Numbered from the stretch's first letter, positions 35,922-47,579 are shown. The stretch: DNA of 64,000 nucleotides from a virus (IMGVR_UViG_3300043496_000014:2245-66244); one strand, 5' to 3'. Program-made: numbers and translations. Notes: a model not told the origin generated them from the letters alone.

Positions 35922-38900
35922 ATGGCTGCTGTTGGTGCCAACGGTGGACTGATGGTGAATGTAGGTGTAAACCTACAGCAGTTCAATGCTGGCATGCAAC
36001 AGGTTGAACAGCGTGGACAACAAGCTGCTGCAAACCTGAACAAAGTAGGCAGTGCACTAACTTCAGGTGCTGCTATGGGTGCAGGGTTTGCAGCAGCTAC
36101 CACAGCGTTATCGGGCATTGTGGGTGTGGCACAGCAAGCAGGCAGTGCCATCATTGGACTGAACAGCACACTGGAACAGGCACGTATTGGATTCACTGCC
36201 TTTACAGGTAGTGCACAGAAGTCTAATGACTTTATAAAGCAGCTACAACAGTTTGCTGCTACCACTACCTTTGAGTTTCCTGGTCTGTTGCAAGCAGCTA
36301 GGCAGCTTACTGGTATGGGTGTGCAAGCTGAGTTAGTCATACCTATCCTAAAGGATGTTGGTGCTGCTGTAATGGCAGTAGGTGGGGGTGAAGAACAGAT
36401 AAAGGGAGTGAACCGTGCACTAACACAGATGATGGCAGCAGGTAAAGTTAATGCACAGGATATGAACCAGTTAGCACAAGCAGGCATACCAGCATGGAAA
36501 ATGCTTGCTGATTCAATGGGCATGACTATTGGGCAAGTTAGAAAGATGAGTGAAGAAGGTAAGATATCAGCAGAACAGATGCTACAGGCGTTCCATAACT
36601 TTGTACAGAATAATAACCTTGGTGATGTAGCTACTAAAGCAGGGCAGACATGGCAAGCAGCTACCAGCAACATTATTGATGGTTTGCGTAACATTGGTGC
36701 TGAAGGATTAGAACCGTTATTTGGTTTGTTGCGTGACGGTGCAGTAGCTATGGCTAACTTCCTTGTATCAGATCAAGCTGCACAGTTTGGTGCAGACTTG
36801 AAGGCTACGATACAAGAAATCATAGATATGGCCAAACCGTTGCAGGATGCCTTTGCACGTGCATTTGAGGCATTCAAGACTGATGGTATTACAGGTGCAA
36901 TAGGTAGCATAATAACTGACATTGGTAACTTTGCTAGTTCAATGGGTAGTGCAGGGTTTCAGTTAGTATCGGAATTTGCATCAGGCATGCTGAGTGGTGC
37001 TGCATCGCTGATTACTGATGCAGCTACAGCAGTAGCTGACATCATCTCATCTTTCCTGATTGGTCAGTCACCACCACCACAGGGACCACTCTCTGCAATC
37101 ACAGAGGGTGGTACTGCGTTGATGGAAGCCTATGTACAGGGTATGATGGGTGGTGTGCAACAGGTTACTGATGTTGCAGAGGAAGTAGCAGACGCATTCG
37201 GTAACGTATCTAAAGCTATGACACTGGCAGAGGGTGCAGCAGCATTCAAGGCAGCAGCAGGTGATGCTGATGCATTGAAGGCAGCACTAGATGATGTAGA
37301 AGGTGTACTACGTACAGTAGATGCCAACATACAGGCTAACTCACGTTCACTCCAGGATATGAGGAATGCTGCTGAAGACATCAATGATGCTTACGATGCT
37401 GCTATAGAACCACTACAAGCACAGGTTGATGCACTCAAAGAAACTAACGATCTAGCACAGAAACAGGCTGATATACAGTCCAAAATACAGATGGCACAGC
37501 TTAAAGGTAAGCTACAAGAGGCACAGGGTGATCCTGTTAGACGTGCACAGTTGGAAACCAGACTAGATGAACTAGATGCTGCACAGAAGCAGCTACAGTT
37601 CCAGGAGAAACAAATATCCCTTGATTCACAGTCTGCTTCAATTGCTGCTAAAGCACGTGGTGAGAAGGTAAACGATACTAAGAATGATGCTGCACGTAAT
37701 GCACTAGCACAACAACGTCTAGGGTTGGAAAAAGAAGAAAACGGTATACGTCAAGAACTAGATGGTATGGTGAACAAGGGTGTTGTTGCACAGACAAAGC
37801 AACAGATAGCCATAGCACAAGCTGCTAACGACCAGCGCAACCTAAACGGTGAAATTGCTGACCTACAACGACAACTAGCAGCAGCACCACTAGAAGCACA
37901 GATAGCTGAATTAAAGAAGCAGCAAGATGGACTGTTGAAGCCTATACAGGACCGTATCAAAGAATTGGAGCGTGAAGGACAGCAGCTACGTGAACAGAAA
38001 CAGGATTGGCAGGACATTAAGAGTGGTATACAGGACACACTAGCTGCACAGCGTGCTGCTGCTGCTGAAGCTAAGAAAGCTACAGCAGATGCTGCTAAGG
38101 CAGCTAAGGATGCTGCCACAAACAAGCCTATGGACCTTACCAAGATATTTGACCCTGAAGAAATTAAAGCTGCTGCTACAAAGGTTGGCACGTCATGGGT
38201 TGCAGGTATTAGGGACTATCTCAACACCAATGGTGCTGGTCTGGTTGGTGGTGCTATAGGTTCCATACTAGGTGGTGCAGCGTTTGGGCCACTGGGTGCT
38301 GTTGCTGGTGGACTGTTCGGTAAGTCATTCATGGAACGCATGCAGCAAAACTTTGGTACCCTGGATGGGTTCCTTAAATCAGTCGCCGAAAAGATTGCTG
38401 GTGCACTAAAAATAGACATATCTGGTGCTGAGAGTACAGGTGAAGCTTTCGGTAAGATATTCGATACGATGAAGGAACGTGCTACTACTGCAATGGAAGC
38501 TGTACGTAGCACCATAGCTGAGAAGTTGCAGGGTGCACAGGATGTTATGGCCACTGTACAGGGTAAGTGGCAAGAGATGTTTGGTAGTGAATCAGCAGGT
38601 TCTAAAGCAGGTATTGCTGCTATTGATGGCATCAACAAAGCATTCCAGGCACTACAACTGTTGATGAGTGGTGACGTACAGGGTGCAATAGATACATTAC
38701 AGCAATCGTTTGACCAGTTTGGTATAGCAGGTAGTGAATCGGTCAAACAGATAACCACGTCATTCAATGACTTGAAAGCAGTACTAGAACCATTGGTACC
38801 TGTGGTTGCTGGTATTGCTGTTGCGTTTGCTACATTCCGTACACTTACGGTTGTAGCTGCTGGTGTAGCTGCATTGGCAGCAGCATGGACTAGTATGAGT

Positions 38901-41900
38901 GCTACGTTTGCTACTGGTGGCACTATACTTGGTGGCATCATCGCTCTACTAGGTGGGCCAGTTACAGCAGCTATCATCGCAGTATCTGCTGTAGTTGGTC
39001 TGCTTGCAGCAGCATGGATTGGTAACTGGGGTGACATACAGGGTGTCACTGCAACAGTGGTTGAAGCCATTAAGACTGGCTATGCTGCACTAAGTGAATT
39101 CCTGAGCACTACCACTGCTACCATATGGGCAGCTATGCAGAGTGCATGGGAAACAGGTACCACAGCTATACAAGCTGTATGGACAACTGTTACCACTGCT
39201 ATACCTAACCTGCTTACAGCTATGTGGAATTTACTTACACCAGAGAATCAGGCTAAGCTGCTGGAACTACAAACGTTGATGCAGGAAGCATGGACGGTTA
39301 TACAAGCACTGTGGACAACAGCTACCACAGCTATTACTACTACTGCTACTGCATGGTGGGCCACACTAACAGCAGGCTTCCAGAAGTTGTGGGAAGATAT
39401 CCAACTGTACTGGAACAGTGGTATAGAGGGTATACAGAAGGCAATTACACCAGCATACGAAAGTATACAGACAGCTACCACTACGTTCTTCACGACGATT
39501 AGTGGCTACTGGGAAACAGCTAAAACAACATTAGGTAATCTAGCTAAACAGCTAGGTGAGACTATTATGACTGCACTGACTGGTGCATTGAATGCTGGTG
39601 TAGGTATGATGGTGGATACCGTCATAGCAGGTGTCAAGAAAGCACTAGAAGCTGCCAAGGGGTTGTTAGCTGGATTGGGTGGTGGTGCTGGTGGTATGCA
39701 AACCATGTCCAGTAAGGTGACTGGTGGCAGTAAAGCTAATCCAGAGATACAGGCTATTTTGAATGCTGTAGCTGAGAAGTACAAGCTAGACGCAAAACTG
39801 TTCACTGCACAGATACAACACGAGTCTGCTGGATTTGATCCTAATGTGATTAGTGGTGTACGTAAGGGTAGTAGTGGTGAGCTAGGGTTAGGGCAATTTA
39901 TGCCTGATACCCTAAAGGCTATGCTACAGAAGAACAACCTTACTATGCAGCAGTATCTAGGTGATGCACAGGTACAGATTGAACTAGCTGGCCAGCATAT
40001 GGCAGAGCTAGTTACTACCTTTGGTGACTATGACAAAGCACTACAAGCATACAACGGTGGTGCTGGTGGTGTAGGTAGTGCTGCAACCACAAAGTACGCA
40101 CAGATAGTACATGAAGTTGCATCAGGCTTACAATCAGTCAATACGAGCCAGAATATTACTGCACAGAAGATGTCAATGAATGTTGACCAGATTACTGCTG
40201 GTAGGCAAGCTGGCTTGTCTATGGAGGAAGCACAGGCTATCTGTGGGCCATATGCTGCTGTGTTGTTTGCACAGGCTACAGGGAAAACACCATCCTTATC
40301 AGAAGCTAAAGAGCTAGCACAGGCTACAGGGTGGAGTGCTGCTAAGGGTATGGGTGGTACTGGCAACTTTATGGGGTTGCTAGGAAAAATGGGTATCAAT
40401 GCAGTACGTCAAGCTGCAACACCAGAGAATGTGAATGCTGCACTTGGTGCTGGTAAACCTGTAGCGTTCAGTACTAACAGACATTACTTTGTTGGGTCGG
40501 GTGGCACTGCTGAGGGTGGTATTAACGTTGGTGCCACAGGTACTGTGATGTCAAAGTACGGTGGTAAAGCTATCATGACTCTAGCCGAAATAGAGTCTGT
40601 TGGTAACGGTATGAATGATCTTATTGTACTGACAGATAAGTTAGCAGCAAGTGGCCAACAGTCATTCAATGAGTTGACAGCAAGTGCAACACAGTTCGGT
40701 GATGCAATGGCTACAGGTAATGAAGGTATACAAGCAGGCATAGAACAGACATCTGCTACTACATCAGATACTGCTACAGCTATAACTGCATCCACACAGA
40801 CACTAACACAGAGTATCCAGGGTGGATTGGTACCTGCTGGACTTGCTGCACGTGATGCTGTTGGTGCTATGGCAATGGGTATACAGCCACTTATTAGCAC
40901 ATGGGCACAAGGTGGCATGACTTCCAATCAGTTGGCAGAGTCTATCGTACAGTTAGCAGCACAGTCAGGACTAGCTACAGCACCGTTGGCACAGTTTGCA
41001 GCAGGTAACGCTACTGTAGGTGAAGCACTACGGCAGGTTATGGGTTCACTAGCTGCTGCTGATCCTGCCTTTGCTCAAATACAGGAAGCAATGGGTAGTG
41101 CACAGGTAAGCACAGAACAGCTTGCTGATGTGCTGCTACGTGGCTTGTCTAACGTAACTGGTGTCATTGGGCCAGCTATGAGCCAGATAGCTGTGAGTGC
41201 CAAACCAATAGAAACAGCGTTTGCCACTGGTGCTATCAGTAGTGAACAGTTTGTGCAGTCCGTAGTTGAACTAGCAGCTACTTCAGGACTCACACAGGCA
41301 CCACTGCGCATGATGCAGGATGGTGTGCTAACCACTAACCAAGCATTGGCAGCAGTGGTAGCTACAGCAGCAGAGGTAAACCCTGCATTCACTGACATGG
41401 CTGCATCCATCACAGACTTGCCTGAACCTGCTACTGAAGCTGCACAAGCTTTTATTGACTGGTCACAGTCATTGGCAGACTCAGCTACTGCTACCACTGA
41501 CAACGTACAGGTTATTCAGGACTTGCCTACTGCTGTAACTGACATACAGCAACCTATGCAGGATGCATCCACTACTACGATGCAGGTACTACCTGATGCA
41601 ACAAGTACTGCATTAGATTCCACCATATCAGCCATACAGAATGCAGTGGGGCCAGCAACGAATGCAGCTACTGATGTTGGTAATGCTATTGTTGAGGGTA
41701 TTAGATCGGCTGTGGAAGCTGGTGCAGAGTCCATAGCTGATGCAGCAGTAGCTATTGTAGAGAAGGCACTAGAAGCAGCTAAGAAGGCAGCAGATAAGGT
41801 AAAGGAATCAGCTAAAAAGGATGGTGGTGATAAGGGTGATGACAGTGATTCAAAGGCTACTGGTGGACGCTTGTCTAGTGGCATGTGGACACTGGTTGGT

Positions 41901-44300
41901 GAGAATGGGCCAGAACTAATTGATCCGAGTGGCTATGTGTACACTGCTGAAGAAACAGCAGGTATGGCATCTGATGCACTCAATAGTGGCTTAGTATCAC
42001 TACAAGCGTTTGCTAGTGGTGGTGCTATGAAAAGTAGCAGTAAGAAAAAGAAGACATCTAAGAAGAAGGATAAGGATAGTGGTGGTGGCAGTAATACACC
42101 ACCAGAGAAGCCACCAGCACCACCAAAGGCACCTGTGAGTGATGCTGAGTATGCACTAGAAGTAAGCATACTAAAGCTGACACAGCAACGTGACGAGCAA
42201 CTAGTAAAGATGTTGCCTATTACTGAGGCACTACGTAAGGAGGAACGTGCACAGGAGGAAGCAGCTAAGGGTACGTTGGAACAGCAGATAGCTGTTGGCT
42301 ATGCTAAGCATGTGATTGCTGATGTGGATGTCATCATAGCTAAGAAGCGTTTTGAAGAATTGAAGGATGGTCAAACACTTCAGTTCCAAGAGGGACGCTT
42401 GAAAGAACTACAGGAAGAACAGGCTATTATTGCTAAGGGTAGTCTCGAAACACAGCTAAAGATGAATGAGCTAGATGGTATCAGGCTGAAGAATGAAGCA
42501 AAGATAGCTGAGCTACAGTTAGCTGCACTGCCTGCACAGCAGGAACTGGCTAACGTGCAGGCTAAGATAGCTGAGATACAGAAGGGTAGCGTAGAAGACC
42601 AGATTAAGACAGCCAACATACAAGCACAGCAGCATAAAAACCAGTTCCAGATTAATGAGCTAAACATTGCTGCTGCACCACTACATAAGGAGGAAGCACA
42701 GCTACAAGCTGAGATACAGAAGACACTAGAAGGTACTACTGAACAGAAGAAACAACAGGCACAGTACCAGACACAATTGGCTACACTAGAACTAGCCTCA
42801 TTGAAGAATCAGGAGGCTATGCTACCTATACAGCATCAGATATCACAGGTACAGAAGCAGATAGATGATGTGGCACGTGGGACACTAGAAGACCAGTATG
42901 CAGCTATTGATGCTACAAGGGAAGATGCTAAGCTACGTATGGAAGAAATCAATATTAACTCTCAGCTACGTAAGATCAATGCTGGTACACTGGAGATGTC
43001 ACAGGAACAGATTAATGCACTACACAAGCAGCTAGAAGTTATTAACGACCAGAAGGCAGACATTGGTGACCAGAACGAACTGAAGCAGCTACAGGCTACC
43101 ATCAACAACACTGATGCACAGAAGCAGCTAGCAGCACTCCAGGCACAGGAACGGCAGCATCAGAATGTAGCTGATGATCTGGACTACCAGAAGTCCGTTA
43201 TAGAAAATCAGACTGGTCAGATTGGTGCACAGAATCAAGTATCTGCTGCTGGCCAACAGGAACGACTAGCAGCAGTACAAGCACAGCTAACTGTGTATAC
43301 AGCACAGATTACTGAGCTACAGGCACAGAACGATGTACTGGGTCTACAAGTTGACAACATAGCACTAGGTAACCAGATACGGGCTGATGCACTTGCTGCA
43401 CAGCAGATCAAGCTAGAAGCACAGGTAGGTGAGTACAACAAACAGATCACTGCTGTACAGCAACAGAACGCACTAGTGTCTGCACAAAGTGCACTGCTTA
43501 GTGCAAACAATGCCGTAGCAGCACAGGGTAGCCAAGCACAGATACTTGGCCTACAGAATTCCATTGCACTACGTCAGGTAGAAATTACACACCTTGGTAA
43601 TGAACGTGACTTGCTCCAGGGACAGATTACGCTCATCAACACACAGACTACTGCTAGTGCTGCTATGCACAACGAGAATATCACCAGACTGGAGAACCAG
43701 AAGCATCTACAGGATAATATCCTAGAAGACATCAACGCACAGCTTGGTTCACTGAACGCACAGAAGAAAGTATACGAGGATATCAGAGCACTAGCTGATG
43801 CCATTGCAGCTAGGCCAGTTAGCCCACCAGGGACTACTTCACCTAGTGGTGGGCCACCAGGAACTGTAGCAGCTACAGCTACCAAGAGTGGTGCACAGAC
43901 ACTGTATCTTAGCAGAGGTACAGGTACAGATGGCTGGTACACATCTAGTGGACAGTTGATAGTACAGGGTGGTTCAGCCAATCCACCTAGTGGCTATCAG
44001 GTAAAGTGGCTGGCTAGTGGTGGTACGTGGCATGCTGGTGAAGTTGCTGTACTAGGTGAGAATGGGCCAGAGATAGCCATAGCTAAGTCTGACATGCACG
44101 TGTTCCCTAACGAACAGTCACAGCGCATTGCACGTGCCTTTGGTGGTGGCACACGTAGTGGTAGTGGTAGTGGCAGTGGTGCAGCACAGAAGAATGTGAC
44201 CGTAAATGTGGAATACCATAGGCACTCTGGTACTGACTACGGTGAAGGCACTTTGCCACAGATTGTGCGTGAAGCAGTAAACGTAGCACTGAGAAGTTAG
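35922..44300 (+). CDS. tape measure protein with SLT transglycosylase and peptidase C39-like domains
   Basis: Tape-measure N-domain (FAATTTFEF...QMMAAGKV), W-repeat region, HESAGFDP/GLGQFMPDT/AYNGG, CGPYAA...HYFV, coiled coils. Confidence 0.95.
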   Translation: MAAVGANGGLMVNVGVNLQQFNAGMQQVEQRGQQAAANLNKVGSALTSGAAMGAGFAAATTALSGIVGVAQQAGSAIIGLNSTLEQARIGFTAFTGSAQKSNDFIKQLQQFAATTTFEFPGLLQAARQLTGMGVQAELVIPILKDVGAAVMAVGGGEEQIKGVNRALTQMMAAGKVNAQDMNQLAQAGIPAWKMLADSMGMTIGQVRKMSEEGKISAEQMLQAFHNFVQNNNLGDVATKAGQTWQAATSNIIDGLRNIGAEGLEPLFGLLRDGAVAMANFLVSDQAAQFGADLKATIQEIIDMAKPLQDAFARAFEAFKTDGITGAIGSIITDIGNFASSMGSAGFQLVSEFASGMLSGAASLITDAATAVADIISSFLIGQSPPPQGPLSAITEGGTALMEAYVQGMMGGVQQVTDVAEEVADAFGNVSKAMTLAEGAAAFKAAAGDADALKAALDDVEGVLRTVDANIQANSRSLQDMRNAAEDINDAYDAAIEPLQAQVDALKETNDLAQKQADIQSKIQMAQLKGKLQEAQGDPVRRAQLETRLDELDAAQKQLQFQEKQISLDSQSASIAAKARGEKVNDTKNDAARNALAQQRLGLEKEENGIRQELDGMVNKGVVAQTKQQIAIAQAANDQRNLNGEIADLQRQLAAAPLEAQIAELKKQQDGLLKPIQDRIKELEREGQQLREQKQDWQDIKSGIQDTLAAQRAAAAEAKKATADAAKAAKDAATNKPMDLTKIFDPEEIKAAATKVGTSWVAGIRDYLNTNGAGLVGGAIGSILGGAAFGPLGAVAGGLFGKSFMERMQQNFGTLDGFLKSVAEKIAGALKIDISGAESTGEAFGKIFDTMKERATTAMEAVRSTIAEKLQGAQDVMATVQGKWQEMFGSESAGSKAGIAAIDGINKAFQALQLLMSGDVQGAIDTLQQSFDQFGIAGSESVKQITTSFNDLKAVLEPLVPVVAGIAVAFATFRTLTVVAAGVAALAAAWTSMSATFATGGTILGGIIALLGGPVTAAIIAVSAVVGLLAAAWIGNWGDIQGVTATVVEAIKTGYAALSEFLSTTTATIWAAMQSAWETGTTAIQAVWTTVTTAIPNLLTAMWNLLTPENQAKLLELQTLMQEAWTVIQALWTTATTAITTTATAWWATLTAGFQKLWEDIQLYWNSGIEGIQKAITPAYESIQTATTTFFTTISGYWETAKTTLGNLAKQLGETIMTALTGALNAGVGMMVDTVIAGVKKALEAAKGLLAGLGGGAGGMQTMSSKVTGGSKANPEIQAILNAVAEKYKLDAKLFTAQIQHESAGFDPNVISGVRKGSSGELGLGQFMPDTLKAMLQKNNLTMQQYLGDAQVQIELAGQHMAELVTTFGDYDKALQAYNGGAGGVGSAATTKYAQIVHEVASGLQSVNTSQNITAQKMSMNVDQITAGRQAGLSMEEAQAICGPYAAVLFAQATGKTPSLSEAKELAQATGWSAAKGMGGTGNFMGLLGKMGINAVRQAATPENVNAALGAGKPVAFSTNRHYFVGSGGTAEGGINVGATGTVMSKYGGKAIMTLAEIESVGNGMNDLIVLTDKLAASGQQSFNELTASATQFGDAMATGNEGIQAGIEQTSATTSDTATAITASTQTLTQSIQGGLVPAGLAARDAVGAMAMGIQPLISTWAQGGMTSNQLAESIVQLAAQSGLATAPLAQFAAGNATVGEALRQVMGSLAAADPAFAQIQEAMGSAQVSTEQLADVLLRGLSNVTGVIGPAMSQIAVSAKPIETAFATGAISSEQFVQSVVELAATSGLTQAPLRMMQDGVLTTNQALAAVVATAAEVNPAFTDMAASITDLPEPATEAAQAFIDWSQSLADSATATTDNVQVIQDLPTAVTDIQQPMQDASTTTMQVLPDATSTALDSTISAIQNAVGPATNAATDVGNAIVEGIRSAVEAGAESIADAAVAIVEKALEAAKKAADKVKESAKKDGGDKGDDSDSKATGGRLSSGMWTLVGENGPELIDPSGYVYTAEETAGMASDALNSGLVSLQAFASGGAMKSSSKKKKTSKKKDKDSGGGSNTPPEKPPAPPKAPVSDAEYALEVSILKLTQQRDEQLVKMLPITEALRKEERAQEEAAKGTLEQQIAVGYAKHVIADVDVIIAKKRFEELKDGQTLQFQEGRLKELQEEQAIIAKGSLETQLKMNELDGIRLKNEAKIAELQLAALPAQQELANVQAKIAEIQKGSVEDQIKTANIQAQQHKNQFQINELNIAAAPLHKEEAQLQAEIQKTLEGTTEQKKQQAQYQTQLATLELASLKNQEAMLPIQHQISQVQKQIDDVARGTLEDQYAAIDATREDAKLRMEEININSQLRKINAGTLEMSQEQINALHKQLEVINDQKADIGDQNELKQLQATINNTDAQKQLAALQAQERQHQNVADDLDYQKSVIENQTGQIGAQNQVSAAGQQERLAAVQAQLTVYTAQITELQAQNDVLGLQVDNIALGNQIRADALAAQQIKLEAQVGEYNKQITAVQQQNALVSAQSALLSANNAVAAQGSQAQILGLQNSIALRQVEITHLGNERDLLQGQITLINTQTTASAAMHNENITRLENQKHLQDNILEDINAQLGSLNAQKKVYEDIRALADAIAARPVSPPGTTSPSGGPPGTVAATATKSGAQTLYLSRGTGTDGWYTSSGQLIVQGGSANPPSGYQVKWLASGGTWHAGEVAVLGENGPEIAIAKSDMHVFPNEQSQRIARAFGGGTRSGSGSGSGAAQKNVTVNVEYHRHSGTDYGEGTLPQIVREAVNVALRS

Positions 44301-44316
44301 GGTAGGGGTAAGGTAG

Positions 44317-45219
44317 ATGGCTAACGGTTGGCCAGATTATCCAGGTGGTTCACCATCATACGATGTCATATGTTACAAGCGTCCAGATAACGTTGTGATA
44401 AATCTATCGTCACCACCATATCAGTTGCACTCGTATGAAGGGTTCGGTATATCTGAATTCCAGCACACAACCGTTGCACCACCACAGACACATGGTGAGT
44501 ATTGGTACGATGTCAGGATGGATGCTAAGGTACTGACAGTGGAGTTTAGCTACACTGGTGGTGGTGTACCAGAGGAACAGTCCAGTAGACGTGCAGTGGT
44601 CAGAGCCTTCAATCCGTTGATGGGACCAGGAACACTACGTATAGATCAAGCTAATGGTGTGTCACGTGAGATACGTTGCATACTGGCAGAATCACTACCA
44701 CTGCCTAAAGACGACACAGAAGCACCAGGACATTACAGGACAGTGGTACGGTTCAAATCGCATGGCATACCAGCGTTTATTGATCCTGTGATACAAACGT
44801 TTACACTCAACTTCAACTTGAATCCAGGTAACTTCCTGTTTCCCTGGACGTTTCCACGTATCTTTGCACAGTCAGGGTTTGCTAGCAGTCCTATCATCAT
44901 CAATGATGGTGACATTGAAACACCTGTGCATATAGATTTGTATGGACCATTTTCTGATCCAGTGTTCAAGAACACTACATCTGGCAAGTCATTGTCCCTT
45001 ATTGGTTTAAACTGTATTGCAGGACAACACTTAGTGATAGATACAGACCCTGAACGATACGTCATACAGTTGGATGGTAACGACGTGTGGCAGTACGTGG
45101 TTGATGCAGACATGTGGGGTTTGGTTGCTGGTAACAACCAGTTAGTGTTTGACATAGGTAGTACTACCGTTGTTACAGCAGGTACCGTTCAGTGGTACAA
45201 CAGGTATTTGGGACAGTAG
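44317..45219 (+). CDS. distal tail protein (Dit)
   Basis: Follows tape measure; NDGDIETPV...GP..DP...LVAGNNQL...WYNRY. Confidence 0.85.
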   Translation: MANGWPDYPGGSPSYDVICYKRPDNVVINLSSPPYQLHSYEGFGISEFQHTTVAPPQTHGEYWYDVRMDAKVLTVEFSYTGGGVPEEQSSRRAVVRAFNPLMGPGTLRIDQANGVSREIRCILAESLPLPKDDTEAPGHYRTVVRFKSHGIPAFIDPVIQTFTLNFNLNPGNFLFPWTFPRIFAQSGFASSPIIINDGDIETPVHIDLYGPFSDPVFKNTTSGKSLSLIGLNCIAGQHLVIDTDPERYVIQLDGNDVWQYVVDADMWGLVAGNNQLVFDIGSTTVVTAGTVQWYNRYLGQ

Positions 45220-45235
45220 GACAGGTAGGCATAAC

Positions 45236-46222
45236 ATGGCACAAACAGTACGTTTCGTAGATAGTATCTCGTACACTGAAGCAGATCAGGCTGACTTTAA
45301 TATGCGTATGATGCGCCCACAGGGTGTCATACCTGAATCTGTGTTAGGTACACTGATAGTTAGCGCCATAGGTAGCATGGCAGTGCGTGTTGGTCCAGGG
45401 GAAGCCTTTGTACAGGGTTTCCAGTATAAGAATGATGCTAACCTTGACTTGGGTATAAGCAGCAATACTAGCGGTAGCACACGCATTGACTACGTAATAC
45501 TACGTTTGAACCGTACTGCCAATACGTTGATACTGGCTATCCTCCAGGGTGTTTCAGGTGCTGGAGCACCAACGTTGACACAAGTAGTTGGTGGTACATG
45601 GGAATTCCCACTGGCACAGGTTATGGTAGTGAACAATGCCAGTACCATTACTGCTGGCAACATTGGTGACTACCGTGTACTGAGTAGGTGGCCACTGTCT
45701 TCAATAGATGGTGCGATGGCTACTGATGCTGAACTAGCTGCTGAAGCTAGTGCACGTTCCAGTGCAGATAGTGCTGAAGTTACCGCACGCACCAATGCAG
45801 ACGCGGCACTGAACACTGCGATAAACAACGAGTCTGCCTCTCGTGCCAACACTGACAATACACTGAACGCTGCAATAAATGCGGAGGCTACTACTCGTTC
45901 CAATGAAGACATTGCACTCAGTAACAGAATTAGTCCATTGGAATCCATAAAGCCTACTATGGTCATATCTCTATCTTCTGGTGGCGGTGTGTACACTGCA
46001 AAAGGTAATATTTATAGTATTAACCACGATTACACTGGAGCATATAGAATAAACTTTGCTACGCCGTATTACTCAACTACGTCGTATGCTGTATTTGCTA
46101 TGGCATTCAACGTACAGGCTGTAGCCTACGTTATTGATAGACAGACTACATACGTAACTGTACAGTACAGGACCATAGGTAACGTGGACGTGAATTGTGA
46201 TAACTACATTCTCATATTCTAG
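45236..46222 (+). CDS. tail fibre/baseplate protein, paralog 1
   Basis: Shared N-domain (GEAFVQGF.YKN...RID.V.LRL...LTQVVGG.WE.PLA), coiled coil, gp53-like C-terminus (GAYRINF). Confidence 0.8.
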   Translation: MAQTVRFVDSISYTEADQADFNMRMMRPQGVIPESVLGTLIVSAIGSMAVRVGPGEAFVQGFQYKNDANLDLGISSNTSGSTRIDYVILRLNRTANTLILAILQGVSGAGAPTLTQVVGGTWEFPLAQVMVVNNASTITAGNIGDYRVLSRWPLSSIDGAMATDAELAAEASARSSADSAEVTARTNADAALNTAINNESASRANTDNTLNAAINAEATTRSNEDIALSNRISPLESIKPTMVISLSSGGGVYTAKGNIYSINHDYTGAYRINFATPYYSTTSYAVFAMAFNVQAVAYVIDRQTTYVTVQYRTIGNVDVNCDNYILIF

Positions 46223-46231
46223 GGAAATGGT

Positions 46232-47566
46232 ATGACAGAAGTTGCACGCTTCTTTGATTCACAGTCATACGGTGAAAGTGACCAAGCTGAAGTCACTGCA
46301 CGTATGGTGCGTGATGGCATATGTATTGGTGTTGGTAGTGAGTTAGCCGTTACGAGTGGTGTTGCTGGTTTCGTATCAGTAAACACTGGTGAAGCATTCG
46401 TACAGGGATTCTGGTACAAGAATACGGCTGTAAAGACTCTAGCTGTTAGTAGTAACGTTACGGCTATAACACGTGTAGATGTAGTGGTATTACGCCTTGA
46501 CCGTACTGGTAATGCATTAGTAGCTGCTGTACATGAGGGTACTCCTGGTGGTGGTGTGCCACCTTTAACACAAGTAGTAGGTGGTATATGGGAGATGCCA
46601 CTAGCAAACCTTAGCACTACATCAGGTGTCACTACTATTGCTGATGCTCGTGTATGGCAAAGCAATATGTACAACCCAATGACCACTGCTGGAGACATCG
46701 TTGTAGCTGATGCACGTGGTGTAGCACAGCGTAAAGCAAAGGGTGCTAACGGTAGCTATCTTGGTGTGGACGGTGCAGGCAATCTAAACTACAGTGTACC
46801 TATTGGCTTTGCTAACCCTATGGCAGCAGCAGGTGACATCATCGTTGGTGGTGCTGGTGGTGCTGCTGGTCGTGCTCCTATAGGTGCTGGTAACAGTATC
46901 TTTGGTGTCAATGCAGCAGGTGTGCTTGGTTATTACACTGATCCTAACGCAGTGATTCCTGCTGGTACACTACATCCTGGTAGACTAACATCCTGGTCAG
47001 GTGCCACGTATACTAACCATGTGTTGTATGACTACGGTAGTGGTATCAGTGTAGCTAAGGTGCAAGATATACTGTGTGCAGTAAACTCTATTGGTGGTGA
47101 CAAAATATCGGATAACACGATACATGGTGGTAACAAGATAATAGATGGTACCGTTGGTACAGTTGAACTAGCAGGCCGTAGCATATCTAATGTCTTCTTT
47201 GCACAAGGTGCTGCTACTGGTGGCATCGGTTCAGGATCGTGGCAGAATGCATCATTCAATATTGGTGCAACTGGTCTACGTATTAATGAAACACTCATGG
47301 TGGTTGCCTTACAGTTTACTGCCTCGTATGCTTCCGTTGGGCAATTAGGTGGTGTAGGTATTGGCCTAGATACAATTGGTGGCCCATCATGGTACGCACA
47401 CTTCCACATCCCGATTGCTGGTCTTATTTCTACAACCATTATAGGGTATCATTTGGCGGGTGCAGTCAATCACAATTATTACGCACTGAACTACACGAGT
47501 GCTGGTGGTAGTACCGTGAACGGTGGTTGGCCAGGACAGTTCGTAGCCATTGCGCTGAACCGATAG
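46232..47566 (+). CDS. tail fibre/RBP, paralog 2
   Basis: Same N-domain; NPM..AGDI.V repeats; Gly-rich shaft. Confidence 0.8.
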   Translation: MTEVARFFDSQSYGESDQAEVTARMVRDGICIGVGSELAVTSGVAGFVSVNTGEAFVQGFWYKNTAVKTLAVSSNVTAITRVDVVVLRLDRTGNALVAAVHEGTPGGGVPPLTQVVGGIWEMPLANLSTTSGVTTIADARVWQSNMYNPMTTAGDIVVADARGVAQRKAKGANGSYLGVDGAGNLNYSVPIGFANPMAAAGDIIVGGAGGAAGRAPIGAGNSIFGVNAAGVLGYYTDPNAVIPAGTLHPGRLTSWSGATYTNHVLYDYGSGISVAKVQDILCAVNSIGGDKISDNTIHGGNKIIDGTVGTVELAGRSISNVFFAQGAATGGIGSGSWQNASFNIGATGLRINETLMVVALQFTASYASVGQLGGVGIGLDTIGGPSWYAHFHIPIAGLISTTIIGYHLAGAVNHNYYALNYTSAGGSTVNGGWPGQFVAIALNR

Positions 47567-47579
47567 GAGATAAGTAACC

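Noticed and set aside
35753-44289. Numerous antisense ORFs over the tape measure and other long genes
   Set aside because: Shadow ORFs caused by codon bias; no SD or motif support
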